Shown in pieces: positions 1-10,876 of a DNA stretch of 64,000 nt. The stretch comes from Nitrosopumilus sp. (lineage in GTDB: Archaea; Thermoproteota; Nitrososphaeria; Nitrososphaerales; Nitrosopumilaceae): contig OZ241857.1 of the NCBI GenBank assembly GCA_965203315.1, positions 1,024,001 through 1,088,000 on the forward strand, written 5' to 3'. The translations under genes were made by a program, and so were the position numbers. The notes under the pieces were generated by a model. That model did not search any database and was not told the origin of the DNA. It worked only from the letters and a program-made list of their open reading frames with translations. Numbering within the stretch: the first letter of the stretch is position 1; each line of letters opens with the position of its first letter.

Positions 1-383
1 AAGGCAGGGATGGCTAGTGTTGCTGTCATTATAGGATCTATGATCATTATCGAGATCAGTTCAGAGATCGTCAAAACTTGGACTCTTCCAACTTGACTAC
101 TGACAATACATATTGACTTGAGAGTACACATTGATGAATAAGCATCGCATAGTCGATTAAATTACACAAGCATATTCTAGATGTACAATTTAGATGCCAT
201 GTTGTACAAGCGTAGCAAAAAATCCAAATTGAGAATAATTAGACCCACAATAAAGACAAAATCGAATGATATTGTTCTGTAACAAATAGACAGACTGCGT
301 CTCTAATTGTGATATTTCTGTACAAATCTCAAACTAGCAATTTATCAAAATATTCACCGGACAGTCCGCACACCATCTAGAAT

Positions 384-1985
384 TTAAAGTGCAGATAACG
401 ATACCTCAAATGCTACTGCTGGTACACGAATCTTGTATTGTTGTAAAACTAGAGGATCGATCTCTCCCACAACTCCAATCATCTCTGTATCTAGATATAC
501 AGCACCACATCGTCCTTGTGCAAACATTGGATGATCAATATGGCTAGTCGTAATAGAGATACCAAATCCGATATCCAGAGCAGATTGAAGAACAGACTTT
601 ATCTCTGCAAAGTTTGCGCTACTGTGTGAAGATATTCCTGCCAAATGCATCTCTTCTGTTACATCTTTGGATTGAACAAATACCGTGCCAGTCTCAAATA
701 ATCGCTGAGGGTACTGTTCATGAATGTTGTGTCCCAGATTGTTGATCATTCCAGGTAACAACGAGTCGCGCAAGATCTCGTGTTGTTGACTCTTTGGGTC
801 AAGCACAGATATTGGTCTCTCAGATATACGTCTAGTTGTATCATACAAGATGTGACTACTAGTAAGGCTAGAGTTGAGTACCTCAAAGTATCCTAGACCA
901 ACCATCACCTTTGATATCCTAGACAGCATATTTGAGATCGGGTTAGGCTGACCGATCGTACCTGATAAAGGCAGACTTGGTTTGAGGTTTGCAATCCCAT
1001 ACCCCAATGCGACCTCTTCAACTATATCCATCACACCAAAGATATCAGAACGATGAGGAGGTACAGTACATCGTATATCATTGTTATCTATATCAGCCCC
1101 CAGTCTAGCTCGACGTAGGGACTCTATAATCTTAGATACACTGAGATTCAGACCCAATGTATCGTTTACAATACTAGGTTTGATCGATATCATCCTAGAC
1201 TCTAGTTGTAGCGCATTCTCAGAATCTAAAGACTCTAGCGAGAAACCTGCAGCATGTAACGTTACTGCCATCACACTCAATACATCATACAGACTAGACT
1301 GATTTGTACCTGTTATATCTACAAGCAAATCACTAGTATCTGTAGTCAATGCAGTAGAGTCTGCGTTGATTATAGGAGGAAGTGATATTGTGCCATTTGC
1401 ATCAAACAGTACAGGAACACGATCATGATCAACTAGATGACCGTATCGCTTGCCGATCTCGGTCTCTGCAAGTATCGCATGTACATCCATCGTATCGTAT
1501 CCCAGCGGTTTAAAGCGATGATCCGGTCCAACCGTTGTATACAACAGTGGTGGTCTAACCCTCGACAGATCATGAATTCCTATCGACACCTTTGATCTCT
1601 TTCTACCTATACCCAGATGTAGATCCTCTTGCATGTTTATGATCTGAGAGATCATATCAGTGGTACATCTACCACCACGAGCGATCATTCCTGTGATATA
1701 TGGACGCGTATCAGATACATTCGAGTCTACAGATAGAGTGTACTCTGATTTATCAAGTCGTGGAACTAGAGGACCTGTACAGACACCAAGCAGTCCTTGT
1801 AGACCCAGTGCGATCCCAAACTCTGTGGAATAGTCGGGGCGATTAGGACTGTACTCGACTCGGACTCGATCGCCATTCTCAGACTCGATATCCAGTCCTA
1901 AATACGGCAACACATCAGATATCTCTTTCTTGGACCGACCCACTAGACGCTCAAGACTAGTATACGATATGTCTACTACAGGCAT
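384..1985 (-). CDS. pheT: Phenylalanyl-tRNA synthetase beta subunit
   Basis: Archaeal PheT motifs (SPNRPDY, MQEDLHLGIGRKR, PPHRSDI..DIVEEVALGYG, LRDSLLPG). Start placed at MPVVDI, overlapping the pheS stop. Confidence 0.95.
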   Translation of the reverse strand: MPVVDISYTSLERLVGRSKKEISDVLPYLGLDIESENGDRVRVEYSPNRPDYSTEFGIALGLQGLLGVCTGPLVPRLDKSEYTLSVDSNVSDTRPYITGMIARGGRCTTDMISQIINMQEDLHLGIGRKRSKVSIGIHDLSRVRPPLLYTTVGPDHRFKPLGYDTMDVHAILAETEIGKRYGHLVDHDRVPVLFDANGTISLPPIINADSTALTTDTSDLLVDITGTNQSSLYDVLSVMAVTLHAAGFSLESLDSENALQLESRMISIKPSIVNDTLGLNLSVSKIIESLRRARLGADIDNNDIRCTVPPHRSDIFGVMDIVEEVALGYGIANLKPSLPLSGTIGQPNPISNMLSRISKVMVGLGYFEVLNSSLTSSHILYDTTRRISERPISVLDPKSQQHEILRDSLLPGMINNLGHNIHEQYPQRLFETGTVFVQSKDVTEEMHLAGISSHSSANFAEIKSVLQSALDIGFGISITTSHIDHPMFAQGRCGAVYLDTEMIGVVGEIDPLVLQQYKIRVPAVAFEVSLSAL

Positions 1986-3400
1986 CGTACACTCCTCAAC
2001 CATTCTAGATTATTCGCATAAAACTCACGAACGTCATCCACCATATACTTTAACATGGCGATCCTCTCGATTCCTCCACCCCATGCCAGTACAGGATTTG
2101 GTATTCCGAGTGGTTTGGTAACCTCTGGTCTAAAGATCCCCATCCCAAAGAGCTCTACCCATTTGCCTAGTTCATCATTATACACCATCGTCTGTAGCGA
2201 GGGTTCCGTATACGGAAAGAATGTTGGCCAAAACTTGATCTTTTCTAGACCTATTCGTCGATAAAACTCTCTCTGAATTCCCATCAAATCTCGAAGTGTA
2301 ACACCGGCTCCAGTTACAACACCCTCGACTTGGTTAAACTCTACTAGATGTTTGTAACTAGGTTTCTCGTTGCGAAATACTCTACCTAGCGAGAATACTC
2401 GAGCAGTCTCGGGTTTGTTGTCAGCAAGATGTTTAATAGTAACACACGTTGTGTGTGTTCGCAGTACCATCTTGCGAGCTTGATCAATATCCCACTTGTA
2501 CTTCCAATTGCTCTCATGTGACTCGGAGACACGTTGAATCTGTAAACTAGTAGCGGCAGGATCAACAGATACACCATCGATATAAAATGTATCTTGTAGT
2601 TCACGTGCAGGATGATCTTGCGGAGTAAACAGTGCATCAAAGTTCCAGAAACTTGATTGGGTCATATCTCCAACTATCTCTGTAAATCCGAGAGCAACAA
2701 AGATCTCACGTATCTCATCTATTGTATCCTTTAGTGGGTGCGTTCTTGCAACAAAGGTCTTGGGAACATCTGCAGTAACATCGAATTGAGATGTAAAAGA
2801 TATGTCCAGAGAGCTGCCTACAGTTTGTGGAGGATCTATTTCAATAGACATAGCAGAATCGGTCAACGATACTCTCTGTTGCTTTGTAACAGATTGAACT
2901 ACATAGTCTGGACGCTTTAGCAACTCGTCTAGTGCTGCATCATCCAATACACTTGCTTCACAATGACCAGTACCGATCTTTGTAATAATATCTTCGGCAG
3001 AAATGATATCAGGAGTTTTGATCAGTTGCAGTGTGTCATCTAAATTCTTAACCCAGTTGTTCTTTCGTACAATACCCATTGCTGGTCCAAACGCGTCACC
3101 GAGCTCTTGTTGTATCTCTTTTGGATTTTGTGGACCTGCTGCAAGTAACTTGAGCAAGCGTCTCTCTGGTAGACCATCTCGTAATGCTGCAAGGCCGTTC
3201 TTACCCAAGGATAGAACAGTAGACTCGGTTTTGGATACCGTGACTAGATCTTTGAGGCGTAGCCACTCGATACCACGTCGAACCTGATCGATAGATAGAT
3301 TGGTTGATTTGCACAGATCGTTTGGACTCTGGTTTGGTGTATCTTGCAGTGACTTTATTATCTTCTTCTCGATATCATGAAATACTGTATATGACAACAA
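1976..3400 (-). CDS. pheS: Phenylalanyl-tRNA synthetase alpha subunit
   Basis: FWNFDALFTPQDHPARELQDTFY, LRTHTT, GRVFRNE, FFPYTEPS and AWGGGIERIAM motifs. Confidence 0.97.
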   Translation of the reverse strand: MLSYTVFHDIEKKIIKSLQDTPNQSPNDLCKSTNLSIDQVRRGIEWLRLKDLVTVSKTESTVLSLGKNGLAALRDGLPERRLLKLLAAGPQNPKEIQQELGDAFGPAMGIVRKNNWVKNLDDTLQLIKTPDIISAEDIITKIGTGHCEASVLDDAALDELLKRPDYVVQSVTKQQRVSLTDSAMSIEIDPPQTVGSSLDISFTSQFDVTADVPKTFVARTHPLKDTIDEIREIFVALGFTEIVGDMTQSSFWNFDALFTPQDHPARELQDTFYIDGVSVDPAATSLQIQRVSESHESNWKYKWDIDQARKMVLRTHTTCVTIKHLADNKPETARVFSLGRVFRNEKPSYKHLVEFNQVEGVVTGAGVTLRDLMGIQREFYRRIGLEKIKFWPTFFPYTEPSLQTMVYNDELGKWVELFGMGIFRPEVTKPLGIPNPVLAWGGGIERIAMLKYMVDDVREFYANNLEWLRSVRCL

Positions 3401-3476
3401 CTAGGGCTCTACACATACGTTTAATACAGTTTTTGTAGATATCTGTAATCTGCACATACGATACATGGTGCCGTAC

Positions 3477-3744
3477 TATAGTCACGAACGGAATTGTTTT
3501 CTTGTTTACTTTTGCATATGTGAGATCAGAGACGAAATTTACCTCTAGCGGAACGGATAATGCCAAATTGTGATACTATGCACTCGGAAAATTATTATGT
3601 TCACGACTATATAGTCACGAACGGAATTGTTTTCTTGTTTACTCCCGCATGTGTGTGGTCAGAGACGGAATTTGCCTCTGGCATAACAGCTAACGCCAAA
3701 TTGTGATACTACAGACTAGGAAAATTATTCTGTTCGCGACTATA
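3477..3744. mobile_element. Tandem pair of ~135-bp MITEs (family D)
   Basis: Two diverged direct copies (~3477-3611 and ~3610-3744). Each starts TATAGTCACGAAC and ends GTTC(A/G)CGACTATA, i.e. terminal inverted repeats. Confidence 0.8.
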
Positions 3745-3806
3745 GTACATTACAAATACGATACAATTACCAAGATTTTTTAAAGTTGTGATCCAAGCAG
3801 GTGCAT

Positions 3807-4907
3807 ATGTCATCAGAGTTTGTTGTGACGCCGTGGCATGTAAAGGGCGAGATAGATTACGATAAACTGATCAAACAGTTTGGAACACAAGAGATCTCTA
3901 AAGATCTACACGATCGTATAGTTGCTGCGGCAGGTGAGGATCACTTTCTGTTGAGGCGAGGCATATTCTTCTCGCATAGAGACATGGACGTAATACTAGA
4001 CGAGTACCAAAAAGGAAGAAAGTTCTTTCTGTACACAGGAAGAGGCCCGTCTGGTCATACGCATATAGGACATCTTGTGCCATGGGTGTTTGCAAAGTGG
4101 TTACAAGATAGATTCGATGTAAACATGTACTTTCAGCTTACCGATGACGAAAAGTTCTTCACGAAACAAGATCTGACTCTACAAGATACATGTAAATTTG
4201 CATATGAGAATATGTTGGACTTTATCGCATTGGGATTTGAACCGACAAAGACCAAGATCATAATCAATACCAGAGATATCAAAAAGCTCTATCCACTAGC
4301 AGCACAAGTTGCAAAACGAATCAACTTTTCAAACACAAAAGCAACATTTGGTTTTGGAAACGAGACGAACATTGGAATGATATTCTATACAGCTCTACAA
4401 TCAGCGCCATGTTTTATAGAAGATGCTCCCGTACTGATCCCATTAGGAGTGGATCAGGATCCGCACTTTAGACTAACACGAGATGTTGCTCCAAAGATCG
4501 ACAGATACAAACCAGCGCTGATACACAACATAATGATTCCAGGACTCGAAGGTGCTGGCGGAAAGATGTCAGCATCTGATCAAAACAATACAATATACAC
4601 AACGGATACTCCAGATACAGTTCGAAGAAAGATCACCAAGTATGCATTCTCGGGAGGACAGCCCGATCTAGATACACATCGCAGGTTGGGTGGCAATCCC
4701 GATATCGATGTATCGTTCCAGTATCTACGAATATTCTTTGAACCAGACGATACAAAGCTACAGTCGATATACGAGGACTATAAATCTGGACGAATGTTGT
4801 CTGGCGAACTAAAAAATATCCTGATTACAAAGATCAACGAGTTTCTTGCCATACATCAAGCAAACAGAGAGAAAGCCAGAGAGACACTAGAGCAGTTTCT
4901 ATTATGA
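3807..4907 (+). CDS. trpS: Tryptophanyl-tRNA synthetase
   Basis: YTGRGPS..HIGH, GVDQDPHFRLTRD and KMSAS motifs. Confidence 0.97.
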   Translation: MSSEFVVTPWHVKGEIDYDKLIKQFGTQEISKDLHDRIVAAAGEDHFLLRRGIFFSHRDMDVILDEYQKGRKFFLYTGRGPSGHTHIGHLVPWVFAKWLQDRFDVNMYFQLTDDEKFFTKQDLTLQDTCKFAYENMLDFIALGFEPTKTKIIINTRDIKKLYPLAAQVAKRINFSNTKATFGFGNETNIGMIFYTALQSAPCFIEDAPVLIPLGVDQDPHFRLTRDVAPKIDRYKPALIHNIMIPGLEGAGGKMSASDQNNTIYTTDTPDTVRRKITKYAFSGGQPDLDTHRRLGGNPDIDVSFQYLRIFFEPDDTKLQSIYEDYKSGRMLSGELKNILITKINEFLAIHQANREKARETLEQFLL

Positions 4908-5188
4908 CTCGAACTAGAATTCTATGTGATGATACGTACGAGGCCGAGAAACTAGCCAGTCTCATATTCATCAAAGAAGGACAAGAGACATACATTACAT
5001 CGATCTTGAATGTAGTACAAAACGAGATAATCATATCGCTAAAGGACAAGTCTGCCCACAGTATCTTGTTAAAGGATGCAACGAATGTAGAGGTGTTTGC
5101 AGACTTTGTCCAATCTGTCATCGAAGGTCAGCACAAGATTATATCAACAGAGGTTTTAGGTGATATCGTACATATCGTAAAGTCCTAG
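4904..5188 (+). CDS. Hypothetical protein coupled to trpS
   Basis: 94-aa ORF with ATGA overlap on trpS and host-like codon usage. Confidence 0.75.
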   Translation: MTRTRILCDDTYEAEKLASLIFIKEGQETYITSILNVVQNEIIISLKDKSAHSILLKDATNVEVFADFVQSVIEGQHKIISTEVLGDIVHIVKS

Positions 5189-5293
5189 GGTACAAACAGG
5201 ACATACAGGGATACAATTCCAACTATTGCAACAAGTGAGACCCCAATGGCTTTAAAGTCACTATCCATCACTTCATCTCCAAGACAATTATAA

Positions 5294-5880
5294 TTAAAAT
5301 GTTAAGCATGGACTTGGCGCGATCGACTTGAGTCGGCAGTTTAGGGTTTGTATAACATTACGATCAGGGTTTATCAAATCGTCATATTCAAACAGCTTTG
5401 ACTTGAAACATTTGCAAATAACCTCAAAAGAGCATAGGTCGAGGATATCCTCACTTTGACTAGTTTGACAAACCGTGATCATCTTGGGATTAGAACTGAG
5501 ATACTCCCTTACTTTTTCCTTTAAAGTTAGGCAATACTGTCAAAATTCAATTAGTTTTTTAGTGTGTAATGATCCTAATGATTCAGTAAGTGTATTGTTA
5601 ATGTGTACTAGTGTGTCCCAGTTGGAATATAATATGTCTAAGTTGTCTTCATTCCGTTTAGTATACCTTTGCAGATATTGAACGATCTGTGTCATGCATT
5701 CCTTTACTCCATCTAAATCTTCTATGTCTTCGATAGCGAATTCTAACTCTTCTAATTCATCAATCATATCTTACCAAGTCTCTCTATCTTTCTACCAAAA
5801 TATGCTATGGTTCTAATCATGCCAGATATGGTATCATCAAGTTCAGTCAAGGGATCTGGCTTGGTTTTACGTTTAGGCAT
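5294..5880 (-). pseudogene. Decayed hypothetical gene (or small-ORF operon)
   Basis: ORF 5764-5880 (38 aa, MPKRKTKPDP...) overlaps ORF 5540-5767. That ORF is in frame with ORF 5294-5482, separated by a single TGA (5540-5542). Confidence 0.5.
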
Positions 5881-6035
5881 GATGGTTATAGATCAATCTG
5901 TTATATATGGTGTTTGTATCTAGAGTTTTTGTTATGAGATTAAGGAATTACATCTTGGTGGTGTTGTGATTGTTTTACTATCTATCCAAATAGTTTTACT
6001 ATATCAAATACTTCAGTCTGTTAAGATAGGTTAAG

Positions 6036-6230
6036 ATGAGTGTTATTGGTTGGGCTTTGTTGTTGTTTGTTATACCTATATTGATTTTTTTGTTATTGTA
6101 TAATATTTCCTTTAAAGATACTAAAGGTGATTTCTGCTGTTTTAATTGTGGTTCACGTAAACTAAAGAGTAATGGTGTTAAGTTAGTTTGTCAAAGATGT
6201 GGTTGTGATGAGATTCTAAAAAATGATTAA
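6036..6230 (+). CDS. Small membrane-anchored zinc-ribbon protein
   Basis: N-terminal hydrophobic helix followed by CFNC...CQRC. Confidence 0.55.
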   Translation: MSVIGWALLLFVIPILIFLLLYNISFKDTKGDFCCFNCGSRKLKSNGVKLVCQRCGCDEILKND

Positions 6231-6252
6231 GGTGATTCTAGTTCCTCAATCT

Positions 6253-6430
6253 GGTTCTTTTAACTTAACGGGGGGTCGATAGTTTTCACGCAATATTCTC
6301 TAAAAATTTTACAAGTTATGAAAAATGGTTAGATTGCCCATTGCAGATTATTACTGTTTTAAATTGCATACAGGGCGTTTCTTGAAATACCTGCATCTTA
6401 ATCTTAATCCCCCGATAAGTTAAAAGAACC
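6253..6430. mobile_element. MITE, diverged relative of family A
   Basis: 22-bp TIR GGTTCTTTTAACTTA(A/T)CGGGGG at both ends. Internal sequence loosely resembles family A. Confidence 0.8.
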
Positions 6431-6437
6431 CACAACA

Positions 6438-7082
6438 TCAAGTAAGATAGGTAGAAAAGGCAGATAGATATCTACTCACGCTAGTCTGATCTACTTTAAA
6501 GATATCTTCTAGTATCATCTGCGAAGCTTTACAGTGTTTACGTATCATCAACATCAACAGAATATGGTTTAGGCTTAGTTTGGAGATATTGCCTTGTGTA
6601 ATTTTTAGTTCCCGTACATGTCGTGCAGGCTTGTTTTTACTCACACTCTTAAGGAATTTTTTATATTCATTCTCAAACATGTCCGACGATCTTTCAGTGA
6701 GTTTGACAAGAACTAGATCGTTCCGCAATACACAATTCAGATACTCTTGACGCATCTCATTGATCTCACCGATAGGGAACTTTTGTGTTTCGTCCCAGAG
6801 TGGTCCTCTCAACTCGGCTATCACATCAGCAGAATAGGCCATACGTTCTGCACTAGCAAGTCGAGTTCGGACTAGTTTGAACATCTTTGATAGATTGTCA
6901 TTACTCTTTGTAATAGATGTCACCTCTGCGTCTAGTCTCTTTTTTCGTTTTGCGAGTCTCTTGTTCTCGGGCTCGGAGGTTCTGATCATAGTACGAAGTC
7001 TCATCCTCTCACGTACAAGTCTACGCTTCTCAGCTTCAAGAGTCCTGACCTGACGTAATAGTTTAGAAACATCTTCATTCAT
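6438..7082 (-). pseudogene. Truncated IS5-family (DDE_Tnp_4/ISL2-like) transposase
   Basis: Coiled coil plus HTH (SQMILEDIFKVDQTSVSRY) homologous to the 48967-50226 transposase (TQDVIGSIFDMSQSNVSRH). The DDE domain is missing and the ORF ends beside a MITE. Confidence 0.75.
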
Positions 7083-7343
7083 CTATATCTGAAAAGAGTT
7101 TGATCTAAATATATGTTATTGATATATTTTGATGAAATTTGCATGTTTGAGATAGAAACACGATATAGAATCGACATCTGAGATATCTACATAGACTCTA
7201 GATGATCATGTACAAGAGAACGTACACGATTCATGCGATATTGCAATCAAATCATAGCGTATAGACACCAATCCAATTTGTCGAAACATCGAGAACATTT
7301 GCATAAAGCAGATCCAACATCTGCAAAACAGATACACAATACA

Positions 7344-7673
7344 TCAGACTAGCGACTTGTCCATCTCGAGTGCGACGATCTCTTGAACTTTGAGAAAATA
7401 TAGTCTAGTAGAGTAAGGCATCTCTGAGATATTGTTATCTACTGCCATCATGAAATAACGGACTGCGCGTTTGGATATGTCTAGATTGAACTTTAGTCCA
7501 AGTATTGGATCTTGATGTACCTTTATCTTGTCTTCCAACCACGGAGGTGCCAACTCGATCGTATCTGCTATGACCTTCTCATACCAGAATCCGAGGTTCT
7601 CAGGATAGAGACCTTGTCGTAGATTGTCGATGTCGTTATCGAGCTTTGCCATCATATCGTTTATGATCGCCAT
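7344..7673 (-). CDS. Hypothetical protein
   Basis: ORF with host-like codon usage downstream of coaD. Start placed at MAIIND. Confidence 0.7.
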   Translation of the reverse strand: MAIINDMMAKLDNDIDNLRQGLYPENLGFWYEKVIADTIELAPPWLEDKIKVHQDPILGLKFNLDISKRAVRYFMMAVDNNISEMPYSTRLYFLKVQEIVALEMDKSLV

Positions 7674-7738
7674 TGTAAAGTCTTGTACAATACACACCAT
7701 AATACAAAGACTCAAAGTTGACAAAGTATTTGGTCAAT

Positions 7739-8200
7739 TCATAGTACGTTTCCCAGAGTATCGATCTCACCGTTCTTGATTCTCGTAGTAGATATGCGAG
7801 TTCCGTCACGTGCAAGAACCATGGGAATTACCACTATCTCGACTGCGTCTAGACCACGTGCAGTACGTAGCTCGTTTAGTCTAGTGCCACGATCACGTCT
7901 CTCCTCACTCACCACTAGTGCGTCAACCGAACCCTCAAGGACGGCAGGTCCAAAGTCGTTGTCTAGACGACTTATCTCAAAATCAGACTTGGGATACCTC
8001 TCAAGAATTGCATCCGCAAGTTGGGCGAGACGTTCTTGATAGTTGTTATAGGTAGAACCCTTTGCTGCCGCCATTGTGTCGCTGGTAAGTCCAATTATCA
8101 CTTTATCAGCAGCAGTGAACGCAGCCGCAAGTAATGCCAAGTGTCCTTTATGAATAATATCAAATGTTCCACCAGTCGCTGCAAGAGTAAAACGAGTCAT
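7739..8200 (-). CDS. coaD: Phosphopantetheine adenylyltransferase (archaeal type)
   Basis: GGTFDIIHKGH (HxGH), ALVVSEE and RISTTRIKNGEID motifs. Confidence 0.9.
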   Translation of the reverse strand: MTRFTLAATGGTFDIIHKGHLALLAAAFTAADKVIIGLTSDTMAAAKGSTYNNYQERLAQLADAILERYPKSDFEISRLDNDFGPAVLEGSVDALVVSEERRDRGTRLNELRTARGLDAVEIVVIPMVLARDGTRISTTRIKNGEIDTLGNVL

Positions 8201-8230
8201 GTACAATAGTACCTAGTATCGAAAATAAAT

Positions 8231-9292
8231 CTAATTTACAGATATCAGTGCTATCGGTCCACGTTCGCCTAGTGGAATTCCTGATCTATCCCAAACAAAT
8301 GTCTCGATAAGGTAGACTCCTGGATTCTTGGGTGTCCAGCCAAATGACTGCTGTTGAGTATCAGAGTCGGTGAATCGACCATCATATGTATCGATAAACT
8401 CTATGTACGGAGGACTGGTGGTAGACTTTACTTGCACATACACCATGTACTGTGTCTCTGGGATCTCGTCATCGACAAACTGTAGCCATGCTTTGCTCTT
8501 TATGTATACTAGACTGCCAACATCGATCTCGGAGATTTTGTTACCATCAGTATCTTCGACTCTTAGATCATAAATTTGGATGACCTTGGACAAGGTCTTT
8601 GATCTACCAATATCTAGATCAACCATAGACGAATAGTACACATCAGACTCGGCAAAGATACTGACTCCTAACGATCTAGGATTAACTTTACCAGTAAACT
8701 CGAATGGAGTCTCTTCTCCTACGGTTACATTACCGATATCGATCGTCTCAACATTCAAGATTTTTGGTGGTTTAAAGTCATCATATGTTATAATGTGTAC
8801 CTTTGTGTTTGTCATTGGAGCGTTGTCGTTCTGTAGAGTTCCAGACAGACGTAACTGGGAATCTAGAAAGACAGTTTGTACGTCTATTGCTATCTGTTTG
8901 AGTTTTGGTTGAGAGACCGTAAAGCCGCCATGTAACGAGACAGATGTCTGTTTAATATCAGGATCAGGGTTGGTGGATCTAACCACATACGGCGACACGC
9001 CATTGGGGGGAATCACATCGAGTAGAATATCTGCAACTGTTGTCTCTAACGGTGTAGAACTAGATTGATCATAAAAGCTTGCACGAACATGTACATTTGA
9101 TATGCTGCTTTGTGGATCGGTATTCTTGACTAGACCGACTGCCACTGTGTACCCCTCTGCATCTCTATATGCATACTGGGAATCTTTTATGACAGAGACT
9201 ATGAGTTTTGGAGAGGTGTCGACCTCTTGTGCATATGCAGTAGACACTAAAACCAATCCCAAGAGTACTGCCGTCAGCTTTATCATCATCAT
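8231..9292 (-). CDS. Secreted beta-rich hypothetical protein
   Basis: Signal peptide (AYA|Q) and Ig-like beta-rich repeats. Confidence 0.75.
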   Translation of the reverse strand: MMMIKLTAVLLGLVLVSTAYAQEVDTSPKLIVSVIKDSQYAYRDAEGYTVAVGLVKNTDPQSSISNVHVRASFYDQSSSTPLETTVADILLDVIPPNGVSPYVVRSTNPDPDIKQTSVSLHGGFTVSQPKLKQIAIDVQTVFLDSQLRLSGTLQNDNAPMTNTKVHIITYDDFKPPKILNVETIDIGNVTVGEETPFEFTGKVNPRSLGVSIFAESDVYYSSMVDLDIGRSKTLSKVIQIYDLRVEDTDGNKISEIDVGSLVYIKSKAWLQFVDDEIPETQYMVYVQVKSTTSPPYIEFIDTYDGRFTDSDTQQQSFGWTPKNPGVYLIETFVWDRSGIPLGERGPIALISVN

Positions 9293-9480
9293 ACTTGTAC
9301 ATACAAGTAGATGTTATTGTAATATTAGCTGTGATACAATAAACAAGAAAGGTAAAAGATTTAACCCAAATTGGCCAAGTCGGGTCGATAACAGCTGTCC
9401 AAAGCACATGCTAACTAGATCAGAGTATCGACACAACCACACTCTCTATAAAAAGAGTTAGAAAAAGAGACTAGATCAGC

Positions 9481-9582
9481 CTACTTTCGTTTTGCGGTTA
9501 TTGCCAACCAGTATATCAGACCTGGTGCTAAACCAACAATTAGTGGAATCCATACAGGCCATCCATCTACTACGCTTGCCAT
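9481..9582 (-). CDS. 33-aa single-pass membrane peptide MASVVDGWPVWIPLIVGLAPGLIYWLAITAKRK
   Basis: Manual translation. TTTAAATA TATA box ~25 bp upstream and T-rich terminator-like tract downstream. Below the ORF-track cutoff. Confidence 0.7.
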   Translation of the reverse strand: MASVVDGWPVWIPLIVGLAPGLIYWLAITAKRK

Positions 9583-9902
9583 ATCACAATCTCCGAATAT
9601 ATCCTATTTAAATCCATATGATAGACTATGAGTCTCGGATCGGCAGAGATCAGATGTATTGAGACGAATGCGCGATTGTAGCGTGTGTCGAGTGTATCAC
9701 GTGTATCACGTGTAATCACATATGTGGATTGAGATAGAATGCGCGATCTGGCAGTATATCGAGTATCATAGATCTGAGTCCCAAACGTACATTTGAACTC
9801 GACCAGAGGTAATCGATTTACATGTATCTACATGCAAAAGTTTCAGGAATCGATACGCCACAAAGTCCAACCATTTTGATATGAGAGATTTGATTCCAAT
9901 AG

Positions 9903-9976
9903 TGGACCGGACGGAATTTGAATCCGTGACCCCCCGCGTGCAAGGCGGGTATACTACCAGGCTATACTACCGGCCC
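9903..9976 (-). tRNA. tRNA-Ala(TGC)
   Basis: GGGCCGG/CCGGTCC acceptor stem, CCCGC-CTTGCAC-GCGGG anticodon arm, TTCAAAT T-loop. Confidence 0.95.
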
Positions 9977-10203
9977 ACAAAAGAAGATGATCCTAGTGTT
10001 GATTTTAACTGTTATCTTGGACATCGTACTGATTCGTTTAACTTGGGGACTTTCAGGTAGCTTAGAGTGACGATACGATAATCGAGACTCCGATCTGTTT
10101 GATTTATCGGATCATACTGAGACATAGATGATCATCCATCACAAGATCGATATCATTAGATGCATTCGTAGAAAATATATGTAAACATCATTCACGCAAG
10201 AAT

Positions 10204-10758
10204 ATGGTACTGTTAGAGTCTCAGATAAAACTAAAGACAGGAGATGTAGCGCCCGACTTTGATCTGTTGGGAATAGACGACAAGAGACACTCCCTAGACA
10301 GCTATAATAGTTACAAAGGCATGCTCGTTGTCTTTATGTGCAATCACTGCCCATACGTCAAAGCAAAGACAACTGCTCTAAACGAGATATACGATAAATT
10401 TGGAGACAAGATCGCCATGGTAGGAATAAACAGCAATGATGCAGTAGCATATCCAGATGACAGTTTTGCTGCAATGAAAGAGGTTGCAAAGGAGAAGGGA
10501 TTTGGTTTCGACTATCTAGTAGATGATACACAAGAGGTTGCAAAGAGATATGGAGCAACATGTACACCTGATCCATTTCTGTTCAACAACAAGAGGCGAC
10601 TGGTATTTCACGGAAGAATAGATGACATGATGAAACCGGAGGACAGCATAACAGAAAAGACGATGATCCAAAATATAGAAAAGATGTTGGCAGAAAAAGA
10701 GATCGAGAGAGACTTTGAACCATCAATTGGCTGTTCTATAAAATGGAAAGAAAATTAG
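10204..10758 (+). CDS. AhpC/TSA thioredoxin-fold protein
   Basis: FMCNHCPYVK, YGATCTPD and GCSIKW motifs. Confidence 0.9.
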   Translation: MVLLESQIKLKTGDVAPDFDLLGIDDKRHSLDSYNSYKGMLVVFMCNHCPYVKAKTTALNEIYDKFGDKIAMVGINSNDAVAYPDDSFAAMKEVAKEKGFGFDYLVDDTQEVAKRYGATCTPDPFLFNNKRRLVFHGRIDDMMKPEDSITEKTMIQNIEKMLAEKEIERDFEPSIGCSIKWKEN

Positions 10759-10793
10759 ACTTAAATGACTCACGCCAAACATAGATTGCTAAT

Positions 10794-10868
10794 GGGCTCG
10801 TAGCTCAGCTTGGCTGGAGCGTTCGACTGATAATCGAAAGGTCATGAGTTCGAATCTCATCGGGCCCA
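10794..10868 (+). tRNA. tRNA-Ile(GAT)
   Basis: GGGCTCG/CGGGCCC acceptor stem, TTCGA-CTGATAA-TCGAA anticodon arm. Confidence 0.95.
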
Positions 10869-10876
10869 TCCTAGTA

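Noticed and set aside
3477-3744. Direct repeats as a possible CRISPR array
   Set aside because: Only two long diverged units with terminal inverted repeats, no repeat-spacer periodicity and no cas genes.
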